A stretch of DNA of 64,000 nucleotides from Phoronis australis (taxonomy: Eukaryota; Animalia; Phoronida): positions 870,144 through 934,143 of the forward strand of contig NMRA01000046.1 of assembly GCA_002633005.1 (NCBI GenBank). Direction: 5' to 3'. Positions 52,343 through 64,000 of the stretch are shown here, piece by piece. The translations under genes were made by a program, and so were the position numbers. A model generated the notes under the pieces. It was not told the DNA's origin, did not search any database, and saw only the letters and a program-made list of their open reading frames with translations. The number at the start of each line of letters is the position of its first letter. Within the stretch, counting starts at the first letter, position 1.

Positions 52343-54414
52343 CGGCTAAATCACAATCAAGGTCCATATTCTAGAGTTGACTGTGTTACGGTCTAAAATA
52401 AATTTTTGGTCACTTACCAAATGCCAACTGAATCTCATATTCAAAGAGTTATTTAGTTCTGCAAATTAAAAAAAGAATCATCAAAATCGGACAATGTTTG
52501 AGAAATTTATGCATGTTTTTGTCTATGAATTTCATGCATTTGTAGCGTTACGAGTGGCCATTTTTAAAATTACAATTTTTAATTGTCAACAGTAGAAAAG
52601 AAATTTATTTTATCAAGTAAGCAATTGCTTAGATATCACAAGGAATAACTTGAGTAACACAAATGATCATTGCAAATGAAGTTATTGTCGTTTAAATAAC
52701 AACATGGTGCTTATTATCATCAAAGAAAACTTGAAATAAATGGCTATACAACATTATGTTACTATGTGATGCAGAAACAGTGATGTAGTGTACGAACCCC
52801 CTTTTGTAGTGTACGTACCCCCATGTTTACAAATGCCATGAAATTAAAATATCACTTGGTAAGTGAGCAACAGTGGTCGTAGACAGTTTCCTTCCTCAGA
52901 AATGTTAGATTAAAAGGGCGTTTATTACAATTACATTTGTTTTGAGTGAAATATTAGCATTTGCATAGTGTATGTATCCCTATATTTTAATTTGTGCCTA
53001 TTTTCAAAGTACGACAGATATGCACATGAATGCTGTGCTTTTTATTTTTTTCTCTTTGAATTGATTTAGTAAATCAACTAACTCTCATTAGATTTTTAGT
53101 ATTTAGTTACAAACCTGACATGTCAATGAAATGTAGTGTATGTACCCCCTGTGTAGTGTACCTACCCCGATGTGAACAAATGTCATGAAGCAAAAATACT
53201 ACACACGGTAAGTAAGCAACATTTGTCACAGACAGTTTCCTTCATTAAAAATGCTAGGTTAAAAGGGTGTTAATTACAAATACATTTGTTTTGAGTGAAA
53301 TATTAGCATTTGTGTAGTGTATGTACCACTATATTTTAACATGGCCTGTTTTCAAAGAATGACAGACAGATATGCACATGTATGCTGTACTTTTTATTTG
53401 TTCTCTTTGAATAGATTTGGTATATGAACTAACTCTCATTAGTATTTTTTATAAACCTGAAAAATCATTGAAATGTAGTGTACATACCCCTGTGTAGCGT
53501 ACATACATTCAATCTCTATGCTATAAAGTATTGCCCATAAGTATGTTTACGTACTGCTGCTCTCATGAACAATACTGATATTTCCAAAATGAATCCAGTC
53601 TGACAAAAAACAATGGACATTATCAAATTTTTGGACAATAAAATGCCACACAGGACTTGGCTAGTACTTAACATCCTAGAAGACACGTCATGTGACAACG
53701 GATGTTGCAGAGGCAGGTTCTCTATCTATCAAGACAACTTCAACTTGCATCAAACCAACAAGTAGAAGCAGCACAAAACTCGAGACCATCCCATACATTT
53801 GTAACTTAGTCAAAATTTGAAGATGATTGACTGTGCGTAGTGTACATACCCCCCAACCAGTACCATTTTTTACTGTTTACAAGTTGAACACTGGGCCTAG
53901 CATTGCTTGAATTATTTTAACCAACTGGTGATTGTATTGACAGATTCAGAAAACAAAGCAAATAGCACCAATAAAGCTTTTGAAAAAAGTAGTTACTTGT
54001 CATTTTCTTTTGATATTATCATATTGCAAGAGAGGAAGTTCTCATTATACTGTGTTAAGATATGCAATGTATCATAATCTAGAACAACTTATCAGCACAG
54101 TTATAACTTTTATTATTTTAGTATGTGATACTTCTTCAATTTGATCAAAAACCTATTAAATTAACAGCTACCTTATGAATTTTTGCATGGTAGAAGTTGG
54201 CTGTGACCACAAGTTGTAGTGTACGTACCCTTTTGTACAACTGTGGTGCATTAGGCCATAAAATTTTATTCGGTGGTTCTTGTGCAAAATATTTTAAGAT
54301 TACAAACCTGGAATGATGGTACTTTAAAATAGCCCAGCTTTTACAGTTGTATGGCAACCTTCATTTTTCACCAGAAGTGGCCACCGAATATGGACCTTGA
54401 TTGTGATTTGCTCG
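52343..54414 (+). mobile_element. Non-autonomous TIR DNA element, copy C
   Basis: Same TIRs as copies A and B, 3-bp TSD TAT. Confidence 0.9.
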
Positions 54415-54598
54415 TATACTAGTTTTGCAATATTTACTCTGAAATTCTTCAAGTTTGTTTTCAAGAGTTTGGTGGCTGGAACCTTTACAACAAGCCTTTG
54501 CGATTTAATCTGCTGTTTGGAATATGTGTTCATTGTTACCACTCACATTTACTCACATCAGTAAATAGACTTACACATTGTTTTATATTTTCTTTCAG

Positions 54599-54641
54599 TT
54601 TTGACATGGTTCATTTTGGTCATGCCAATGCTTTAAGACAG
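54599..54641 (+). CDS. PCYT2: PCYT2 exon 2 (FDMVHFGHANALRQ)
   Basis: HxGH cytidylyltransferase motif, tttcag| and |gtgagt, phase 2 to 0. Confidence 0.97.
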
Positions 54642-55844
54642 GTGAGTTGTAATCTACGTATTTTTTGTTCACTTTGCATTATGCTAATGTTTTGGAAAGT
54701 TTTACTGTGCTTCATGAAGTATACAGCGTTTGTGGAAAAAGAACTTTTGATTTGGATGATTTGCCATTAAAATAACCTCAGTATGTACATTCTCGTAATA
54801 TAAACGAATTCTGACTTTGGAATGCCTGATCACATGTGTTACGTAATCAATTAGCTTGCTATCGGTTTAGCAGGTCTTCTGAAAGTATTAAAATATGACA
54901 AAGAATTGTCCAGTGGTGGTTAGTATCACTGTTTATTGATAGACACAATGACAAGTTGAAAATGCGAATATTACATGCCTAGGATTTTTGTTCGTTATTT
55001 ATAAGGGCACTAACATTTTCATGTTAGAATTTAGTATAATAAAGCATTGTTGTTATTTGGTGTTACTTGCAAACTATGAAATGTTTGCCAGTCTAATAAA
55101 TGTGAGATGACATTAATAAGTGAGGCTGTGTCAAGAATAACCCAAACCTTGATAGTAGTAGTATAAGTTTCTTTAAGACTAACTGAGGTCAAAAAAGAAC
55201 AGCTAATTTTAACAAGAGTGTAAATGATTGACTTTTTGTCTTTGACTAGCCACTGGAAATGGGGAGCTTTCTATAATTAATTGTGGTGGTGCTGCGACCA
55301 AGTCAGATACAGGTTCTCTGCTCATCATGACTCATTGGCGGAAAGTAGAGCCGCGGGTCGTAGTTGCTCTAAGAACTGCTACATTGAGAACTGTGCACTA
55401 TAATGTGCACTTACTCACTGATGCCGTTAAAAGGTCATAGATTTTCCCAAGTAAACGAATCAATAAAATTCACTCAACAAGCCTATTTCATGATATGTAG
55501 AAGGCAAGCAACGTACCACATCAAAGAATTGGGGAGTCGTCCTATCTCAGTGACATTCAATATGCCCTCATAGAGCGTGTTGCAGAAAAACAACGCTTAG
55601 AAAATAAATATGAACACTTATGTCTAAAGCACCAAAATCCAATTTCTGATTATTAGAAGGTGTCAAATCAATTATCTGAAAGAACAGCAAAATGACTTTG
55701 CAAACAATGGTCTGATCTTGCTAAAGGATTTGCAGAAAATAAGTTACGGTAGTACTTCCGGTAGTGCTTCCGTAGACAAATAAAGCATGAAATTGTCATC
55801 CTTTATAATATCGTAAATCTAGCTGATTCATTGAAAAAAATCAG

Positions 55845-56041
55845 CCTGTCTATCGTCGGCCTGTCTGTGGTCGACCTGTCTCTGGTCGGCCTGTCTGTGG
55901 TCGGCCTGTCTGTGGTCGGCCTGTCTGTGGTCGGCCTGTCTGTGGTCGGCCTGTCTGTGGTCGGCCTGTCTGTGGTCGGCCTGTCTGTGGTCGGCCTGTC
56001 TGTGGTCGGCCTGTCTGTGGTCGGCCTGTCTGTGGTCGGCC
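55845..56041. repeat. 15-bp minisatellite (CTGTCTGTGGTCGGC) x ~13
   Basis: Near-perfect tandem array ending at the N at 56042. Confidence 0.95.
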
Positions 56042-56042
56042 N

Positions 56043-56778
56043 AATTTGGTATGTAGGCACCTATTAGTGAGATGACGCTATCCTCCCGTTTTCAGATGGA
56101 TTCGACATAGTTTGCGCCACCTAGTGGCCATTTTTAGTGTTTTTGAGTCTGTTTTTGTGCGTCCACCTCTCTATCAAACAAACCGCTCTAAGGATGATTG
56201 TAAAAATTGGCATGAATATGCTTACTATGAAGAGGACGGTTGACGATGATTTCCCAACGATTTCGACTACTGTGGCGCCTCCTAGTGGCAGTTTTGTTTT
56301 TTGCGCCTATGGCTGTATCTCCTAAACCGTTTGCAGGATCTTTACAACATTGTGTAAGTATATTTATATGATGTTAACAATGCAAGATGACGACTTTTGG
56401 ATGGATCTGACTACCGGTGTGTCCCCTAGTGGCAATTTTAATTTTTTTACGCTTACCTTTGTATCTTAAAAAGTCCTGAACGGATTTTCATGAAATTTGG
56501 TATGTAGGCACCTATTAGTGAGATGACGCTATCCTCTCGTTTTCAGATGGATTCGACATAGTTTGCGCCACCTAGTGGCCATTTTTAGTGTTTTCGAGTC
56601 TGTTTTTGTGCGTCCACCGCTCAAAGGATGATTGTGAAAATTGGCATGTATATGCTTACTATGTAGAGGACGGTTGACGATGATTTTCCGACGATTTCGA
56701 CTACTGTGGCGCCTCCTAGTGGCAGTTTTGTTTTGTTTTTCGCTTATGGCTATATCTCCTAAACCATTTGCAGGATCT
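56043..56778 (+). repeat. HINE-like ~150-bp array with trimeric ~450-bp higher-order repeat
   Basis: CTAGTGGC cores at 56121, 56282, 56426, 56572 and 56716. 56043-56340 is repeated from ~56494. Confidence 0.85.
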
Positions 56779-57235
56779 AATTTAATCTCATAAAATCGGT
56801 CTCGTATATTCCTCACAGGCATAGGAATCCAAGAAAATCATTCGGCCCAGTTTATCAGGGTTGGGCAATCCTAAGATTACAAATTTGAAAATGGCGTAGG
56901 TATAACTATTCAATGCCTGCGACTTTGAAAACCCGTTAGAGTTTAGCTGGATTGGCCAATCCTAAGATTACAGAATGTGAACATTGTAATCGTCACCGTG
57001 TGAGGGGTTGGTAAAGGAAATAGAATCCTATGACTTTATCGAATATTATCAGACTAATTTTATGACAGTAAAAGGCCAAATTCGATATTCATTTTTAGCC
57101 TGCTGAACAATACGAAATACAGCTAAAATGTTAAATACCTCTGAAGTTGCTCATCCCTTCTGTCCATTGACTTTTTTGACATTATCATCTGGTATGGCTC
57201 CTTTGTAATATATAGAGCAACAAAATTTTGTAAAA

Positions 57236-58258
57236 GGACAATTTCGTGAAAAGGTCAACCTTGACACAAAAATTAAAATTGTGGCTACACCAACATTTTT
57301 GGTCTCATCTGAAAGCCCCTTCTCTCTAGTTTCAGGATTCATATTTGACTGTCCTATAACTTTCAATTTTTTTTGCTTAAGTGGACCCATTTATGGGGGT
57401 CACTTGACCCTAAAAAATAGCTCATTTTCATGTGATGCTAATTATTGTCATAAAAAAGCTAATTAGGGGGTTTTTAACTATACTGTCAATTTTGTGCAAT
57501 CACATGAACCCCAAACTTTATAAAAAATAACATTTCAATTTTGGCACATCCATGACCTCTTGGGGTCAAAGGTCAACTCCTGGATATCATGGTGCCGTAT
57601 GTCCACCACAAAAAAGTGTTAAAAAGTTTAGTTACGTTAAAAGTTTTTAATCAAAATTAAAACAATTTTAGATTCTCTTTTATCTTGTTACTCAATGCTA
57701 TTGACCAAAATTTTGGATCCTAAGGATTATTCGTTTAGTCAGAAGTTGTGTGACAGATGTACAGCAAATATGTACGTCCATCACGTAAGTCCGTCACTCT
57801 CATGAAATTGCAATTTTTCAGCCAACAAAAATAACCTTAGGTCATATTTTTACTTTCTAAACTTGCATGATAAAATGTGTCTCACACCTAAGAACCTTAA
57901 AACCATAAAATATTAGAAAGGCATCTTTACAATTAAGTGAAGAAGTTGTTACAGATTTTAATTAAATGCATTGATTTTTTCAATTTCAAAAGTATTTGCA
58001 GAAAAGTTACAGTTTACAACGTCATCTAGTTATTCTTAGTAAAATTCAACTTATTAAAATCAAACAGTTGTACCACATTATAAAATGTAAATAAAACAAA
58101 ATGTGAATTTAATGAACTTATTGTTTTTCTGTTGGTACCTCGTGTTAGTACAGAAATGCTTTGCTTTTCGGAAATTCAAGATGCAAAAATATTCATACAA
58201 AAGAAATCCTAAGGTGCTCTAGAGTACACCAAATAACAAGAGACCTAAAGAAACACAT
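57236..58258 (+). mobile_element. Uninterrupted copy of the element fragment at 5651..9920
   Basis: Collinear similarity over ~1 kb. Confidence 0.75.
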
Positions 58259-59422
58259 GTCAAGTTGCTATTGCACTGGAATCAACATGTTATTTCTGCT
58301 TCGACCTGCTATGTTGTGTTTGTATTGTGGTTGTGTTGAAAAAGCCGATACCGGGAATTTTCAAGCGGTAAGAATCTGTCACCTACTTTATTGAACATTT
58401 TTGTCACACCCTCACTGGCTATAGGCGCTCTTTTTGTGTTTTTCAGTGTATTGGGTCATTGGGTGGCTTGTATGAAATCATTTCATAGCAAATTATTACA
58501 TTTCCTAACCTTACATATTTTTGATCCTTCAATCTTTTAAAGAATTAGTTGACTAATTTTTTTTTTCTGCTGAGCATCGAGGAGATTAAACCCCATTTAG
58601 AAAGGATAGGGGATATTGTTGGAGACCAGACGCAACCAGGAGAAGAATAAATATCTGCTGGAATATTCTCTGAAACTCGAAAAAAATGCCATTGTGAATC
58701 AAAAAATTCATAATTGTACTTGTGCGTTCTGTGATGTGGCATTATTTAAAGCCTGTTACTAAATTTGAAAAGAAGGCATGAGTTAAAGAGCTGGATGAAA
58801 ACCTAATCATTATAATCACTAAATAGAAACCAGCATCTGATAACTTAGCTCTACATATTCCTAAATCATAATCTTAAATGCAATTAATTTAAAATGTTTT
58901 CACACTGGAAGACAGTACGGGTGATTTGAATCAAAATATGAATGCCAAAAGTCGATGATATCTACTAAACCATGTGCGTCACACTTGGTTTTAATAAGAC
59001 ACTGAAGTCCTGTTACTAATACTTTAAAAACATCACAGTTATTACTTACATGGGCACTAATGCATCAGAACCATCGATAGCATGGACCAGACCCCTTTAA
59101 GGACAATTTTCTCAGTCAGATTAAAAGATAGGAGGAAAGTTGATACATGGTGTGAAAGCCATCATCGAGACCTATCAATTGATATATTAATTGTTTTCCT
59201 AGGGTGAACCTTTTTTTCACAATTGATCAAAATGTTCTCTGATTGTACGTCCATCACAAATGGAATTGCCCAAATAATGTTGATCACTCCAGAAATGGAT
59301 CGCATTCAAATTATTGATTTCTGGGTGTGCCTTGTGGCTTGAGTTCCACATACACATTATGTTGTGAAAACAGCTGTAAGTGCTTATCATTATAATCTGT
59401 ACTAATACCACCTGTTTTGTAG

Positions 59423-59468
59423 GCCAAACAGTTTGGGGATCAACTAGTTGTCGGAGTCCATTCAGATG
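59423..59468 (+). CDS. PCYT2: PCYT2 exon 3 (AKQFGDQLVVGVHSD)
   Basis: ttttgtag| and |gtaagt, phase 0 to 1, conserved GDxLxVGVHxD. Confidence 0.97.
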
Positions 59469-59712
59469 GTAAGTTGATCATGCTAAGTTCATAATTAACA
59501 TACATCGTTACTTATGCCCATTTAGTAGGGGGCAGGGAACCCCTTTATGGCCACTGCCAAAATTTTTAGGATATGCGGTGGTTGGGTCATTGTGAATGGC
59601 TGTCTTTGGGAAACTGGTCTAGCCCCCACTTGTTATATGCAAGATCTAAGACCTTGTCAAAATTTACCCAGAAAAATTAAACTGCTAAATTCTGTGTTTA
59701 GTTGAGAATTAA

Positions 59713-59859
<147 letters not shown>

Positions 59860-60272
59860 TAGCGGGGGTGGTTGATTCATGTCTGTGTTTACATGTGTCT
59901 GTGGTAAGAACACCACTTTGTCAGTTGCAACTTGCTCGTTTAGCATGAGGTCGTTATGATGTTTTGGATACCCTCATGTAATTAATATGATAAAATTAAA
60001 AACAATAACGTTCTGATAAACGTTCGTGATAAGCTGGCTTCTTGGTGAGATTGGCTCAGAATACAAATCTATTGATTAAGTACAAGGTACTGTCAAACAG
60101 GCGAAGTTTCTAATGATAATGAGCATGTCATGCACTTTGGAATAACTTGTTGTGAGCACTTGCCCCAAAAAATAGCAATGACTGTATATCATACTACCTA
60201 AGTTACCAGTTTGTGTTTGAAAAGTGGCTTAAATGTACTAAGAATGAAACTTGAAATTCTGAAACTGTCTGA

Positions 60273-62995
<2,723 letters not shown>

Positions 62996-63350
62996 TAGCA
63001 TAAACTAATAGCTGTTGTAGCTCTAAGTCAATTGGGACTGTTTTTATGGTGTTATATATTTATTGAAGAATACACAGAACATACAAAGTAATAATGACAA
63101 GCTCAGAAATTGTGAAGCATTGTTATTATCTGGGTTGTAGACAATCCACAGATGAAAGTATTATACATAGAGGTATATACATGTAAGTAGTATGTAATAA
63201 AAGTATTCCAATATTTAGATATGCTATTACGAACGTATAAAAACAAAAACATGTATAGATACATGTATGGAAATCAGAAGCAACAATATTTATAAGCGAT
63301 ACATAAAAATTTGCTAACGTTGCTTAAGAGGAATTCATTGAGAACAAAGT

Positions 63351-64000
63351 CAGGGCTCGACGCTATTAAAATCGCCAGGTCGCAATTTGCAATCTAGCCA
63401 ATATCCCAGGTCGCATTTTCAAAATCCAGCTCGCATTCATAAATGCCAGGTCGCAAAATTTTCTTGCCATTTTTACGCGCCAAAATTGACTTTTTAGATA
63501 ATTGAGAAATGTTTATATTAATAATATGCGTTAAACACTCACAAATTGCAGTTCGTTTATGCAGGTACTGCGTTACTGTTCTTCACGACCGCCATTGAAA
63601 GAATCTAGAGCGCACAGCAAGTTGTCGACGTGAAAGTTGAGTCAGTGCTCTCTAACTGAAATGTGCATTCGTGTAGCTAAGTTTTCAATGTAAAAAGGGA
63701 GAAAATGCCTGTTGAAAAAGTATCCACCATTTTGTTAGTTCTCACCTGCTACTGGGTGTCATCAAAGTTGTTAAAGATCCACAAACTAACTCGGAGTGCT
63801 AATTCCCTCCACTTTTTGTTCGCAGCCCAAATTTTACAACTTAACTCGACGTTTGAAAAACATCTGTCAAAAAACAATCCGTGAAACGGTGCCCTAACCG
63901 AATGACGTATTTGGATGCGTGGGAACAATTCAGTGCATATTTCACAACAAAAATGTGACACTTATGCTGTGTACGTACTCAACAATTAGTTTTCCATGAA
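63351..64000. mobile_element. Left end of another hAT-like element
   Basis: CAGGGCTCGAC terminus followed by four CCAG(G/C)TCGCA subterminal repeats. The other end is not in the window. Confidence 0.5.

Noticed and set aside
55803-56067. ORFs of PTTDR / VVGLS repeats
   Set aside because: Translations of a 15-bp minisatellite that runs into an N.

Overview
AT-rich, intron-rich eukaryotic DNA, probably from an invertebrate (inferred from its repeat families), in a scaffolded assembly with five single-N joins. Three spliced genes can be rebuilt by hand with GT-AG sites and matching exon phases. (1) An 8-exon + strand gene (4745..37060, 581 aa) encodes a Dok/IRS-like PH + IRS-type PTB adaptor that unexpectedly ends in a death-domain-like module. 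(2) CENPX/MHF2 has 6 coding exons on the - strand (40075..51116, 79 aa). (3) The first five coding exons of PCYT2 (+ strand, from 51412) sit head-to-head with CENPX, with ATGs about 295 bp apart. Introns are packed with often nested mobile elements: a Gypsy remnant with a 103-bp LTR inserted in a LINE, RTE-X-like LINE pieces, CAG-ended elements with 5-bp TSDs, Kolobok-like THAP elements, a pogo-like element with HIRAN-like cargo, three copies of a ~2-kb TIR element, and Helentron/HINE-like arrays whose ~150-bp units each carry a CTCF-like motif. All domain and family calls were made by eye; no database searches were run.
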